A DNA stretch of 63,687 nt, the filler included, from Sphacelaria rigidula (Eukaryota), in NCBI GenBank assembly GCA_964200075.2. It is 11 parts of 11 records of this genome, joined end to end, with 100 filler letters (N's around TTAATTAATTAA, not from the genome) between each part and the next. Parts side by side here need not be neighbours in the genome. Positions count along the whole stretch, not along the records: positions 34,795 to 40,493 come from CAXNAA020025157.1; positions 40,594 to 46,292 come from CAXNAA020025158.1; positions 46,393 to 52,091 come from CAXNAA020025159.1; 8 more parts are not named here. The stretch is one strand, 5' to 3'. The first letter of the stretch is position 1. Every line of letters begins with the position of its first letter. The notes beneath the pieces were generated by a model. That model had not been told where the DNA came from and searched no databases. It saw only the letters and a program-made list of their open reading frames with translations. Both the position numbers and the translations under genes were made by a program. Below are positions 36,885-49,792 of this stretch, piece after piece.

Positions 36885-37150
36885 GGGTCCGATTCGCACC
36901 AGCGGCGCTCAGTTTTTTTTCTCTCAAAATGATCTGATTTCTGTCCTTGAACGGGTGTCGGCGTGAGGGGTAAACAAAGCATTCTAGTTTTGTTTCTTTC
37001 TCAAAGTCATCTGATTTCTGTCCTTGACCGGGTGTCGGTGTGAGGGGTAAACAAATTTTGTTTACCCCTCACGCCGACACCCGTTCAAGGACAGAAATCA
37101 GATAATTTTGAGAGAAACAAAACTGAGCGCCGCTGGTGCGAATCGGACCC
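36885..37150. mobile_element. Foldback-type MITE with ~93-bp near-perfect arms and an internal duplicate of part of one arm
   Basis: GGGTCCGATTCGCACCAGCGGCGCTCAGTTTT...GAGGGGTAAACAAA pairs with TTTGTTTACCCCTC...AAAACTGAGCGCCGCTGGTGCGAATCGGACCC. Confidence 0.85.
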
Positions 37151-37314
37151 GCGTTTCCCGACGTAACCCTTTTGACGGCGAGAAAAGTTCATGCGTTGAA
37201 TCGACTTAATTTCGCTCGGGAAAAGATTTTATGATCCTGATCGACTACAGTACACTCGCGGCCCAGGGGTCAACAGTAGTCGCGCCCCTGGTCAAATTGT
37301 ACAACTGACCACCG

Positions 37315-37570
37315 TTAGGGCGAATCATCACGACAACGAACCACCAAATCCACGATTTCTTCGGCCTGATTGCCCAAAAAAAAGAAAAACGTTGACAGCT
37401 GGTCCAAGGGGTATCCGCGCAACTTTTGCGCCATTCCACGTGTCTGGGCTGCGTGTACCTGGATTACAACGCTGAAAACAAAAGGTAGAGATTGATTCGT
37501 ACGATTCAAATCACTATACTAAAACCAAGTATTTTCCAGGCGAGTCATTATTTGTCCGACCCTTGCAAAC
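37315..37570. repeat. Terminal region of an abundant unclassified repeat family
   Basis: ACTAAAACCAAGTA.TTTCCAG.CGA.TCATTATTTGTCCGACCCTTGCAA is also at 34795-35085 and, reversed, at 46222-46292 and 63564-63611; 37320-37383 matches 23197-23260 reversed. Confidence 0.75.
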
Positions 37571-37732
37571 TGAACCCTTGCGGGAGCGACTCTTGTCAGA
37601 TGCGGCATGGGTCCAGTTTGGCTTATTTTCTCACAAGAATCTGATTTCCGTCGTTGAAGAAGTGAGAGTACATGAATAGCAAAAATAATATGCTGGGTTC
37701 AGTTTGCTCGACGACAGTCGACGTCGTGCGGA

Positions 37733-38114
37733 AGTGTTTATCCGACCCATCCATTTAGGGCGCCAGTGTACACCATGCGGTATATGTGGGCGCATCGTCA
37801 GCCGGGGTCGCACCGGACGAATATCATCACCACCCAGGAGCGTTTTCTTTTTTTCTTTTTTTCTAGAATTCCACCTTCCTTCTGCCATCCTTTCCTTACT
37901 TTTTATCGCGACAAGGGTCGGGGTTCAGCGGTCTCTTTCCCTCGTCGAACATGAAGCACAGTCATGTGTACCCACGACATAGATCGATCTCTACTTATGG
38001 ACACGACGTGAGGGAAAATCCCAGATGGTGTAACTTCGGGATTCGAACCCACATCTAATAAACCGTCAACCGTGCGAAGGTCTTGAGGTTACCAACTGGA
38101 CCACCGGAGCAACC
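37733..38114 (-). mobile_element. tRNA-derived SINE, diverged copy
   Basis: Head GGTTGCTCCGGTGGTCCAGTTGG...GGGTTCGAATCCC; body homologous to the other copies. Confidence 0.8.
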
Positions 38115-38807
38115 TTGTCAGTTGTACCGTATCATCAAGGGGGTGCGGCGGTCATGCACAAAACAAAATAACAAGGTCGTCGGAGCAGATTGATGCAGCC
38201 CTGAACACGCAATTGCAATGATGAAATCTCGACGACATGGAGCTTGAAGCCAACAACGTGCACGAGGATATATCACCGCGTTTTTACTCGATTTCCCGCT
38301 AACAAGCACCGCCGAGTACAACTATCTGTGTGGGTGAGTACGAAGTAAACAGCGACAGAAATTCGGGGAGATTACTGTACAGACAGTACCTGACAGTATC
38401 AGTTAAATAGAATGAGCGGGTCGTTTTCGATCGCTAACACTGTCGTCTGTAGCGCTCGCGGTAACAACGGAGCAATGTACATGTTCCGCTGGAAGATAAA
38501 CACTTCAACTACGCCCACTCAACTGCACAAATAAGCACACGCGGGTGCTCACACATCCACAACAGAACACTCCCGTGACAGGTCAACGTGCTCCAGTGCT
38601 GCATCAGAAAAACCGGACAAAACAGGAATCGGAGACACAAGACATCCAACGAGCTGCCCAACAAACTGTCAGCCGGGGACCCCGCAAACGCCTCAGATTT
38701 GTGCACACTCCTCCGATACGCAAGCATCCCACAAAAGCAAAGTCCAATGAACAAAATCATGCAAACCACTTAGCTCCAATTCGTTCCTGCCCCATGTCCT
38801 CTCTTAC

Positions 38808-38977
38808 CGTGCTGTGGTCTCCGTTACCGTCCCCACTATCGGGCCAACAAGGTAGGGGGTGCTTCTGGGTGGTCCCTGAGTCTTCGGTCTCGCATAAAAA
38901 CTCCAGTTGTCGACGTTCACCGCACCATCAGCACTGATCGCACCACCCCCGCCGTTGCCACCACTTTCACCACTCAT
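38808..38977 (-). CDS. Probable first coding exon of a PhoD-like metallophosphatase
   Basis: MSGESGGNGGGG...PYLVGPIVGTVTETTAR ends at CG|GTAAGA donor; in-frame stop upstream; GPxxGxVTxTxAR resembles the N-terminal beta-domain motif of PhoD-like proteins. Confidence 0.5.
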
Positions 38978-39780
38978 CCTCGCGTCGTTGTTTGTAGTTG
39001 TGCCTGTATTCTCTGTTGTCAAGAATTATCTGCCCGCCGTTTGTGTCCCTGTAATCGTGGGGTTACTGCCGGGAGCTGTCGCCGGTGCTCTCAGAACTTG
39101 ACGTTGGCCTGCCTCTCCGAGGAAAACGGGAATTCGCTCTCCAAACCGAAACTCGATCGTCAAAAGGCAACACTTTACGTTCAGAATTACCAAGACTGGA
39201 CTACGTGTGTATATTCCTCTCCAAGCTATCAATATTAATTTTATGTTCTTCTCGCTTGTCCGGATGAGGTGGGCGGTGCAATGCTGTGTGTGTTTGGATG
39301 GGGTATCGCTCAATCCTGCAGGAAGTTGCTACTGGCTTGTTTCTGTTTGGCGTTGCACCGGCTCCATCACATATATTTGTTCGGTTGAATTCCCGAAACG
39401 ACAAAAAGATGTTTAAAATGTATTGCATAGGATTGGTTCTACATCGGAAATTCCTAGAACCAATCTTTGAACCAGTACTCGCACGGTCCGGAATGAAAAC
39501 GCCTCTTCACCCTTAGTACACGTTTCGTTTTGTTTGGCTAGTACGCACTACGCACAATACGTTTGTACTTGTACGTTTATTGCTTACAGTAATATCCAGA
39601 GAACATAAAGCGTATGAGCCAGTATGAGCAAATAGACTTGAGCGGGGGGGTTTTAATCGATGCAGATTTCTAATGAGGACTGGATCTAAACTACTGTCGC
39701 GCTCCTGCTGAAGTCTGCTTTGTCAAGGTGCTTATTTTGTGACCAAATTGACATTCAAATAAATGACGTAGCGAAATGTC

Positions 39781-39932
39781 CAAGGCAAGCACCACAGAAG
39801 GAAGTTGGAGTACTAAAACAAGATGAGATGTAAAGTTCTGTGTTGATCTTCTTCCTGTGTGACCCCGGCTGATGCGCCCACTTGTACCAAAAAGTGTGGA
39901 CTGGCATTCATAATGGATGGGATGACGACACA
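39781..39932 (+). mobile_element. 5'-truncated tRNA-SINE copy (another 3' fragment at 40594-40680)
   Basis: AAGGCAAGCACC.CAGAAGGAAG...CCTGTGTGACCCCGGCTGATGCGCCCAC...GATGGGA. Confidence 0.75.
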
Positions 39933-41156
39933 AGGAATCAACTGTGCAGTGATGAAGAATGAACAGACGAAAAAACGTTGTGATGTCGAGTCTGAGAAGA
40001 GGAGCGCGTATCTACAGTTAACCGTACCTGGTAACAGCCAGTACTGCACTGTTGTCCGTCTCCTGGATCCACACTGCAGTTCCAGTCAGACTTGCGCTGT
40101 GCATTGGTAGCGGGAAGATAGAAAGCGCCACTGTGGAGAATATTTTTGCAAGAGCGTGGCGTTGTGGAGTTATCAGGGGATCCACAAGACTACCTGCGCC
40201 GGTATGCTGTTGTATACCGCTGGGCTGTAGGCGAGACATTTTGTACCTGTGCAGTGCTGCTGGTACTATTAACATGACACTGTGCGTCTGGGCTGTGCAC
40301 CAGACGGTAAAGAGCAGATGAAGTGCAATCAGTACCTGCACATGTATAACATGCGCCGATGGGTAGCCACGCCAGTCTAATGCAGTACTGTCGTAAGCTA
40401 AGAGCCGGGCGAAACTAGGAACGGATATGTAGCTTGCAGACCCATTCTCACCTCAAGTTTAAGAGTAAGTAACAGCCGATTTTCGAAAATGGGNNNNNNN
40501 NNNNNNNNNNNNNNNNNNNNNNNNNNNNNNNNNNNNNTTAATTAATTAANNNNNNNNNNNNNNNNNNNNNNNNNNNNNNNNNNNNNNNNNNNNTGACGCG
40601 CCAACATATACCGGAAGGTGTAGACCGGCGCCCAGAATAGATGGGACGACAACACACATACACACATACACACACAACACTGTACTGTACTGTACTGTAC
40701 TGCACTGTAAAAGTGACCGTCAATTTGATTACTGATTTCTCCCTCTTCGCGAATCCTCACAATTACCACAGCACAGGAGTATCGGGAGAACGGTGCTCAG
40801 CTCCCGAAAACACTGGAGCATTCAAGAGCATCTGGTGCTGGCAAAAATACCGAGTTTTCCAGAGTGCGTAGAGTATCGCCCAGGGCCGACAGCTCGTAAG
40901 AGTAGAGCGGCGCGTGCGTTGCGCCAAGTTGGCACGGAATTTTACTGGGTTCAATCCCCACACTGCCTTGTGCAAAGCTTTCCGAGCGCTTGACGGATTT
41001 CCATCGATGATATGCAACAAAGACTCAAAAGGCCCCATGGCGGTTTCTCTATATATCCCCCGTAGAAACGCTCCCACCGCCCTCAAACTTGTTAGCTCGG
41101 TAGGCATTGCTGCTCCAAATAAAAAGGTGCATTTGAAAAAATGTTAATAAGGTTCT

Positions 41157-41232
41157 CCCCCCTTTGGCTGGCTGGTCAATGGTCACACGACTAAGGCAAG
41201 CAACAAATGAGTACGCCCCCCCCCCCCCCCCC
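41157..41232 (+). mobile_element. Short family B oligo-C-terminated copy
   Basis: TGGTCAATGGTCACACGACTAAGGCAAGCAACAAATGAGTACG + C-run. Confidence 0.78.
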
Positions 41233-42288
41233 ACCGCCCGCACCACACGGGGAGCGCCCCTCGAAACCGCCAAAGCAAAGGAAAACGNNNNNNNNNNAAA
41301 AAAAATTAATAATGTCTCTCCCCCCCGCGTGCGGCCGGGGAATCGTCCCCCCCACAAAACAAAAAAAAAAAGGGCACCCCCCCCCCCCCCCCCCCCCTTT
41401 CGCTGGCTTCCGGGGATCCCGGCGGGAACACCCACAGAAGACGGTAAACACTGCCTTAAAACAAAAAAAATGCACGCGTCCGGGGCAACAGAGTTTATCA
41501 AATAGTCGAAAACAATGGATCCAGCGTTAAGGTTGGCGACACCTCGTGCATAGTACCAACCATAAATTCCGACGATTGGTAAACAGCCCTTCCCCCGCCA
41601 GTGGCATTGGCGGCATGTTGGACCCCAGGGTCTCCCCGGGAGGGTCCCCGCCGGTAGGCACTGTTTTCGGGGATTTCAACACAATTTCCCCCAGAAATTA
41701 ATATAAAATTAGTGTTTTTCAGGGTTATTCAGCTCAAGGGCCTGAATTATTTTTTCCCCTTCCACGGAGAAATAACGTACCCCGATTCCTCCCCACCCAC
41801 GGCAAAAATGCCGCACATTTCTTTTCATCTGCGGTGAAAATACGTGCGCTTACAATGTTTTCGTTGCGGCAAGCCTCTCGAGACACATCCGCGGCAGCTG
41901 CGCTCTTCCAGCCTTCCCATTACATTGTTGCCAGGCGGCAGCAGCGCAACAGCTACAGGCTCCTAGAGCCGAACTATATACGAGGAGGGGGCCGGCGCGT
42001 GCACCGCGCCAAGTTGACCGGGGGTTTAGTGGGTTCGACTTCCACACTACCTTGAGCAAAGCTTTCCGAATGCTCAAGGAGCCTACCCCACGTGACTGCC
42101 TTGAGGCGCTCTAACCGAGCCTCCGGGCGATAGGCACACCAACCCGCTTGATGGGTAAGTGTTTGGCGGTGAAGTTTCCTCCTCCTTTCAAGGAAAAAGA
42201 AAAAAAAACAGCTACAGGCTGGTTCTGGTTCACATTTGTGTACCGAAATTCACACATTCGCATGTGCTCACGACGATTCTTGGCGTTA

Positions 42289-43308
42289 GGGCGTGTCTTA
42301 TTAGCATTTTTTTTTCGATCGAAAAAGTGCGGTCGATTTTTTCTTCGCTGATGTGATAGGTCCACCGCATTTATGTTCCTAGAAGGCTTCAACTCAAAAT
42401 TATACTTTGTGGCACGGGGAGAAAAAACTATTTGACTCAAGAAATAATCCGTTTCGATCGAAAACATGTGGTCGTAAGGCACGATGCGGCACTTGACTCC
42501 TATCTGACAGATCACCGCGCCAGATAATACCCGTTCACAGAATCATGCAAACTCCATCCAACTCATTCTCAGCTACCACCGCAACCCTGCAGCATAGAGC
42601 ACGAGTTGAGCACAGGGATGGATACACTGCAGTAGTTGGGTATACTTTGTTTATTTTTCGTTGGCGAAAACCTGCGCATCTACCTTCATCGTAGGGATCA
42701 GCGACGGACCTGCGTGGTACGGTGGGTAACCGGGTTGCGTACACGCTCATCGACAGCATAGGCAGTGCAAAGCTGCACGTTGTTGAAGTCCTTCTCATGT
42801 TGCAGTGTAAGCAGAGAGAACGGATAGTCCTGGGCTGTCTCCACTGAACGGTGCCCGCTCTTCTTCTATATCCTACGGTACGAAACGCGCACACACGCAC
42901 TCACGACACACTGCTTGCAAGCAGTGCAGACCGTACAGACTGCCTGTACTGTTGTGCACGAGTGACCATGTACCGTTTCACGGATTTCACTCTTTTTTCG
43001 ATCGAAAGCTTGAAAAATCGCTTGGATCCAACTCGACGACAGTGAGCGATTTTCGTTCAAATCGATTCCACCGCCCCATTTTTTCGGTTGAGAAAAAAAG
43101 TGCGAAGGCCGTGTCTTATCAAATTGTTTTCGTGTCGAAAACGTGCGGTTGAATCGAATTCGCTCGTTTCTGATTTGTCCACGCTGTTCATTTTCTCATA
43201 TGGTTGAGAACATGGGTGCCGCGGACGTATCAAGTACAAGCAAATTCGATTGCACCGTACGTTTTCGAGTCGAAAACAATCTGATAAGGCACGGCCTAAG
43301 ACACGAGC
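42289..43308. mobile_element. ~1-kb non-autonomous PIF/Harbinger-like element with a related 190-bp MITE (43107-43296) inside its right TIR
   Basis: TTA|GGGCGTGTCTTA...TAAGACACGAGC|TTA; inner GGCCGTGTCTTATCA...TGATAAGGCACGGCC. Confidence 0.82.
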
Positions 43309-43394
43309 TTAGACTTTGAACATAAACATGTGCACGCATCTACTGCGGCGCATTACGGAACTTATCGAGGAACGGTGTTTTTCGTTTTTCGTTT

Positions 43395-43490
43395 TCTTCG
43401 CCAGTTATCGGGGGTTCCATGGTTTGGGGGGATTTAGGGGAATCACATGCCCACCTACGAGTAGGACCCCCGATAACTAGCGAAAAAAAA
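43395..43490. repeat. Small palindromic MITE-like sequence
   Basis: TTCGCCAGTTATCGGGGGTTCC ... GGACCCCCGATAACTAGCGAA. Confidence 0.65.
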
Positions 43491-44553
43491 GAAGTTATTT
43501 CACAAGTCTCGTAGTGCTTCGTACAATAGATGTCTGCAACTTTTTAAAGTCCAAGTCTTGAGTATTTGCTCGAAATGTACGAATTCCCAACTACTGGGTT
43601 TCAGTGCGGAACCGATTTATCGGGGACGTTTAGCGTCAAGACGATCCCATTGCATCACTTTGTTGAGTTCTGATGCACCCCGTTGTACAACTGTTCGTTG
43701 GACTACCCCACGACGAGGGCAGAAAACACGTTCTGGGCGAGCAAAATGAGCACTTGAGACTGTCAGCCCCTCTACAGATCCAAATACCGATGTTTATTTC
43801 AAAATCAAGCAACAACCATTATGTCCGACTATAATATTTGGTTGACTAACTCTGTTGGGCGGGGGGCCTGCGATTGCCGCAACAACGATCTGTGACCTAT
43901 CCGAAACGCTGGCACGGACAAGCTGAAATCCCCGTACTCGGACCCCATCCTTTTTTGCTAAATACAGTACAGACAATAGTACAGTAGTAGCAGTTCTCGT
44001 ATTTTCCCCTGGGGTGCGAAATGCTGTTGGTCTTCGATGACTCATGAACGGAGAGGGCCGCGAGCTTCAACAAGGAACAAAAGTGCGAATTTGCCGCACA
44101 ATCTTCGAACGTGTTGTTGATAACAGATATACGCGAAGTCCCGAAGTTTCGGTTAAATACGGGTAAAACTGGCTCTCACGCTTCCGTTTCGTTATACATG
44201 TAGAAGGAACGATATGCTATACGAAGTACGTGTATAATAGAGGGAGTAGAGGGGAGTGTCGTAGAGAAACAGCAAAAGAGTCCCGTATACCGTATAGCAC
44301 AACAGTACAGTACAATACACTATACCACTGCACGGTAAAGCACAGTACAGTGGCACTCAGTACGGTACAGTGAATAACAGATGGTAGCAGTGCAATAGCA
44401 CAGTAGCACTCCAGAGAGGATATACACGCGGCTGGAGTAAAGTGCAGAAAGTACTGTCATGATCACTACAGCAGTACGGCGGCGGTGCAAATACAACCAT
44501 TGAACCACAGTACACAGCAGTCCGAGACCATTGCAGTGCGGTAGATCCCGTAC

Positions 44554-44700
44554 TTGAACGTGTTCTCTTCTGACGGCACCATAAGCTGACAGGTCGTGTG
44601 TTATATCAACGCAGGTCTTTGAGATCATGCCTACTGTACCGTCATGATGTGTTGGGACATGCATAGTGCACAGCTGCTCAGCAGCTGCTGTCCAGCAAGG
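44554..44700 (-). CDS. Possible exon of an unidentified gene divergent from COG8
   Basis: Strong acceptor CTCTTTTATTTTCCGCAG, donor AA|GTACGG, 147 nt with one open frame (PCWTAAAEQLCTMHVPTHHDGTVGMISKTCVDITHDLSAYGAVRREHVQ). No family recognised. Confidence 0.35.
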
Positions 44701-45658
44701 CTGCGGAAAATAAAAGAGCCACACATGGATGACCGTGTGCGGTGAAGTTGCTGAAGTACAGAACCACCCCTCGTCCAGGGTACCACAGCCTGCGGAGAGA
44801 GCCAAAACTCTAGACATTGCAGGCGATTAGCTACACCGTCCCTTTTGTGTGCTCTTTCTGAGAAACGGTGATCAGGGTAAAAGCAAGCTTTTCGCACTTT
44901 GCGGCAATGCAGTCAGTCACTCGTAGACTCGCACGAAGCGTGGGGAATATGCCGACATGACACATTTCCCACTCAGGGACCCTGAGGGCACGCACCACCC
45001 CTACACACAGCTAACTACAACTTATCGCTGAAAACTGTTCGTGTACACGTGCAACGCGCGAAGCGGGTACGATAATCGGTATAATGGTATAGCAAACTCA
45101 TTACGGCACGCAGCCTCACTCACTTTATCTGGGAGATCGTTGAAATGCACGCGATGGATATCTATCCCGTTGGCGTTTCCCCGCACAAGATACAGGATAC
45201 CGCTGCCACTACCCCAGCGCTAACGGCAAGCTCAAAACGGCTTTCGGCCGCTTTCTAGCCGGCGAAGCTCCAAAATACCGCGTAAAGATTTGTCATTTTC
45301 AAAAACTCCACCCAATGTTGATTTAGACAAGGCTTAGCAAGGGGGATTCTCTCTGCAGTTGTTCATAATAGCTCGTGAGAAAATGTAATGTTTCGTCATA
45401 ATAGAAGGCGGAATCGTCTATCTATTGCATGCCTTGGTTATTCCTTTCCAGGAGCTGCTTTTTCCCGTACGGTATCTATCCACTGATCACAAGTCTGAGC
45501 ACATTAAAAATTGACCAGTACAACAAGCTAAAAACATCAAATTTCAGCTTGGAACACGATGTCACTGTGCAAGGACGGCGAGGCGGGGTTGCAGGAGGCA
45601 GAAGCAGCAGCACACAACAGAGTTTCTGTGGATTTTCTACAGTATAGATATAGCTTTC

Positions 45659-45898
45659 ATGTCAGCCGCTGTGGTGCTAGAAAACGGTGGAGAAAGTGGC
45701 CGTGGCAGAGGTTCTAAAGGTGACCAAGAACAAGCGGCACAAATGGAACAACAGCATGTGGCAGGTGCGGGCGAGGCAGGGGGGGGAAACGACGAGGTCT
45801 TGTCCGAAGCTTACGTGCACTCTCTGGCGTCTCTCGGCCTGGAGAGGCTTCAGAATGAGCCCGGACGACTGCACGCAGAAGCTATCGCGGTTGATGAG
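45659..45898 (+). CDS. COG8: First coding exon of conserved oligomeric Golgi complex subunit 8 (Dor1)
   Basis: AYVHSLASLGLERLQNEPGRLHAE matches the COG8 N-terminal YxxxLxxxxLERLxxEPxxLxxE motif; donor GAG|GTGCGG, phase 0. Confidence 0.82.
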
Positions 45899-47733
45899 GT
45901 GCGGGCAAAAAACTGAGAGAGATGTAGGTTGTGTGCTTGGCACGTACATACATACTGTACATACCCGGAGGGTGATGTCTTGCCCACCGGTGTGCCTCGA
46001 GGAACGATGTCCATGACAGCAGCATCTTAGTGCCAATGCGGTGTACAATCCTCCTGGTGCATGTATCGCGTATGCTTGTGTTATGAAGTATCAATCCCGT
46101 ACTCAATGCTCCAAGTAAAACTACTACTTTGGAGCACAAATAATACCACTCTTCAAAGTTTGCAAAACACCTCCCGACAGGATTCCAGCTCCCCTGGTTG
46201 CCCGAATGGCCGATGAACGATTGCAAGGGTTGGACAAATAATGATTCGTCTGGAAATTACTTGGTTTTAGTATGATGAGTCGACTTGTGACGNNNNNNNN
46301 NNNNNNNNNNNNNNNNNNNNNNNNNNNNNNNNNNNNTTAATTAATTAANNNNNNNNNNNNNNNNNNNNNNNNNNNNNNNNNNNNNNNNNNNNGTGGGTGT
46401 GTGTTTTCGTTTGTGTTTGTGTGGGGGGGGGGTGGGGGGGGGGGGGGTGGGGGGGGGGGGCGTACTCATCCGTTGAGGAGGGGCGGGAGAGGGTGAGAAG
46501 TCATGAAGCAGTGGGATGGGGTGTGTACGTGCGTTTGATGCCTCCCACGTACGTGTCGAGGGGCATCGCTATTCGTACGTAGCATTGGTATGTAAGAGGC
46601 CCCGACGGTGCTGATTACCCCTGCACATGTTCAGGGATGGGATGGATTCAGATTCATTGTTGCCCAGCCGCAGTTGACTCAAACGTCGTATAACACATCC
46701 TTTCCGCTGAGCTTGTCAAGGGAGGAGACGCATTGACTTCATCAATGGGAAGGGGATGAGGGAAAGACGGGGTCATGAGGGAATAGTATGTGGTGAGCAC
46801 GTTCTTAAGATGCCCCCCGCGCGTTCCGGGACGTTACGCGTGTGAATGCCAATGTAACTAGCAAAAATGGTGTATAAAACCCCCATCGTGTCTGAGGAGG
46901 GAGGGAATAGAGCGATTTCATCCCCGGGTGAAACGGCACTGCTATTGGATGTAAAATGTACTACTCGAGTAATACTCTCCGCTTTAGTAGAACTCCAACC
47001 TTGGTGTGTTGTGTATGTCGTGTGTGTGTGATCTTGGATAAATGTAAACGAGCTTCGAAGCTTGAAGCTTGTAGATGTGCAAATATGGATATGAAGCTCA
47101 TTACAATTATTTGCTCGTCGGAGCAGCCACAGGAGGACCTCCAAAAACGGCTCACGAGTAGCCGAACGAGTGCGAGTGCCGCGAATCACACTCGTGCTCG
47201 TCCGAAGTATGCAAAATTGCTCGTCACGAGTCCGACCCGCTATACTAATATCAAGTAATTACAACATACCACTACACCAGTATAGTGCGAGGTCCTCCCA
47301 TAGTGCGATCATATCTGCTCAAGACCTACCGCATTGTAGCGGGACCCTCATCATAGATATCGGCAAGTTACCAAGAAAGCTCACCACCCGTGGATGCCAC
47401 TCAGGTACGGGGGGGATGGGGGTCCTACTGCAAGGGAGCGGTCAAGCCGATTCCGTACTGTTCACCCTTCGCCTTTGCTTCAGACCGCTTCTCGGAACAA
47501 TATAATCGGCTGACCCTCAACATCGATCGCCTCCACACTACAGCTGCCCAGCTCCTCTCTAAATGCGAGGACCAACCCCAAATGGTAGCACAACGTGTGT
47601 TGTATACCGCAATCTGCAATGTCAGCCTCGTGTGACGCTATGTGACATAAATGGGTAATTTTCCGTGTTTCCGGATTGCTGTGGTTCGCCGACTGTCAAT
47701 CTGAAAGGATTTTGGTAGAATAAAGGTACATAC

Positions 47734-47796
47734 CTCCTGGACTTTTCGTCGGTGCTCTGGCAGAACATTTGAGAGCACCGTCAGCGTGTCGATCAT
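47734..47796 (-). CDS. TOR: TOR kinase, N-terminal HEAT region, exon e (MIDTLTVLSNVLPEHRRKVQE)
   Basis: AAG acceptor, GTATGT donor, phase 0/0; continues the colinear TOR alignment. Confidence 0.8.
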
Positions 47797-48370
47797 CTTG
47801 GGAGGAAATACGCCCAAAAAGGCGGGAGCGGTGTGTCCGTTTATGATGCGGCAAGCAGAGCAACATCCAGGTGAAAGGGGGAGGGGGAGGGCAGCAGCAT
47901 GTTATCAAGCGGAGGCCATAACGAGGGGCATTGTTATTATGGTCCATTATATTGACTCACGGGTCTGTCACGCAGTCAGCGCGTCGACCGTGAAATTCCT
48001 TATGCGACTTCACCTTACATGTGCCATGTCATGACAAAACACGTCATACATTTGACAAAAACAGAACAAAAAAATCGACCAAAACTGTAGGCTCAAATTT
48101 GTTCATGACTGCGACGATCCATATCCCCATATCCTGAAATCTCGAGGCTTGGACTTGACCTCCAGCTGATCAGCGACATAAAAATGCACAAAAACAGCTC
48201 CGTGCAGTTATTTACCCAACACTCACACCACGGACAATATGGGAAACAGCCGCTACGAACATCGGACACGACAAACCCTCTGCAGAAACCTCACAAAATG
48301 CGGACAAATGAAGACAATACCCTCAACGCCTCATGGGGCGCGCAATGAATACAGCATAATTCAAAGTCAC

Positions 48371-48503
48371 CTGGCGAGACAGCCCGTGATCGAAGAGGGG
48401 CTCGATCAGCTCCGGTACGTACGTGCACACGGCGTCTCCCAAGGCCGTGGTGATGTTAGCCAAACACTGCATTGCCTCTGGGTGCAGCACCTGCTTCTTT
48501 TCC
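48371..48503 (-). CDS. TOR: TOR kinase exon d (EKKQVLHPEAMQCLANITTALGDAVCTYVPELIEPLFDHGLSRQ)
   Basis: CAGCAG acceptor after a polypyrimidine tract, GTGACT donor; resembles the CxxxxAxAxG...LLExMxxxGLS segment of TOR. Confidence 0.87.
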
Positions 48504-48914
48504 CTGCTGGGTGACCAAAAGAGAAGAAGAAAAATAACAAGAAAGAGAAAAAAAATATATAAATGCTATGGAAATCGGATGAAGATGCAGAGAAATAAAT
48601 CGACCAACAGTATTCAAGCACAGCACACGACCTGGCTTTTCCGAGCATTCCCGCCAAAAAACACATGCCAGCGCAAATGCAGCGACTACATATATAATAG
48701 GAATAGTAGTGGCAGTGCAACGAACAGTTACAATCATGATGGTAACAGGAACAGGGTAAGAAATGAATTTGAAGAGTCCCGACAGCCACATCGGTTCGGT
48801 GGTACCTGAGGTAACCATACGAGTACGCTGTACTCGTATATCGCCCCGACCGACGAAAAAGCTGACCTCGATTTTCTGTAATATACCTGAGGCCTCTTAC
48901 TGCCCATCGAGATA

Positions 48915-49145
48915 CAACCCATAATAGACTGTTTCGGATTTTTTTCGTCATTTCAGAGTGCAAATATCTTGGGATCAGAGTGTGACGAAAAAATATTTCC
49001 CTTTCCGCCAAATATGGTATCCCCTTTACTGTTTTTCGATGAGATGTTTCTTCTTATTTTGCACTCTGATGCTGACCACTCTGAAATGACAAAAAAGCGT
49101 TTTCCGAAACTTTCTCATATCCCCCTTATAGAAATATCTCGACAC
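48915..49145. mobile_element. Palindromic MITE-like sequence in a TOR intron
   Basis: TTTCGGATTTTTTTCGTCATTTCAGAGTG ... CACTCTGAAATGACAAAAAAG..TTTTCCGAAA. Confidence 0.55.
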
Positions 49146-49630
49146 CGCACGCTACCATAAAATCCACCTGGAATTGCTCATGGCCTCGAGCAATACACTC
49201 CACATACAAAAAGCACCTCCACGCCTACGGTACACCCAACTCCTCCATACGGCGTGAGACAACAACAGCCACCGCACTCAGCTCCCTCCACCCCTTGATC
49301 GCGAGAAGAGGGCATAAAACAAGAGAGATCGGTAAAACCGCTCCGCTCGACATAGTATAAGGGTGAGGGGAAAGGTGTCGCTCTACATCGTCTTCCACGA
49401 GTACTTTGCTTCCAATATACCCACCCTGCCGTCACCCCCATCCCCGAACCCCTGCACACAAAATAACGCCAACATATCTCCCCCTCTCCCAATCACTCAC
49501 TGGACCTTCAACTGGCTAAACAGGTCCTGAAAGACAAGCTCGCGTGCTCAAGGGATCAGTGTTCGATTGTTTTGACAGCTGAGTATAACCGAGGTGAAAA
49601 CACGAAAATGAAAGGTGGCAACAGACTCAC

Positions 49631-49792
49631 CTCGCTCCGAAGGATGGACCCGTACTCTTCGACGGTTTGGCAAGCCCCCTCTTGACCAGGTCGACGAGCT
49701 TGTCCACCTCGTGTCGAAGATGTCGTTCACCACCCATCATGGCCAGCGCCAGGCGACCCAGTGCCGTATACGCTCCCGGGCTCTCTTCGTTC
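49631..49792 (-). CDS. TOR: TOR kinase exon c (NEESPGAYTALGRLALAMMGGERHLRHEVDKLVDLVKRGLAKPSKSTGPSFGA)
   Basis: CAG acceptor, GTGAGT donor, phase 2/2; matches the ExxxAFxALGxxxxA HEAT repeat. Confidence 0.87.

Noticed and set aside
41233..41830. Homopolymer-rich ORFs around an internal N gap
   Set aside because: Looks like low-quality sequence following a poly-C tract; unreliable.
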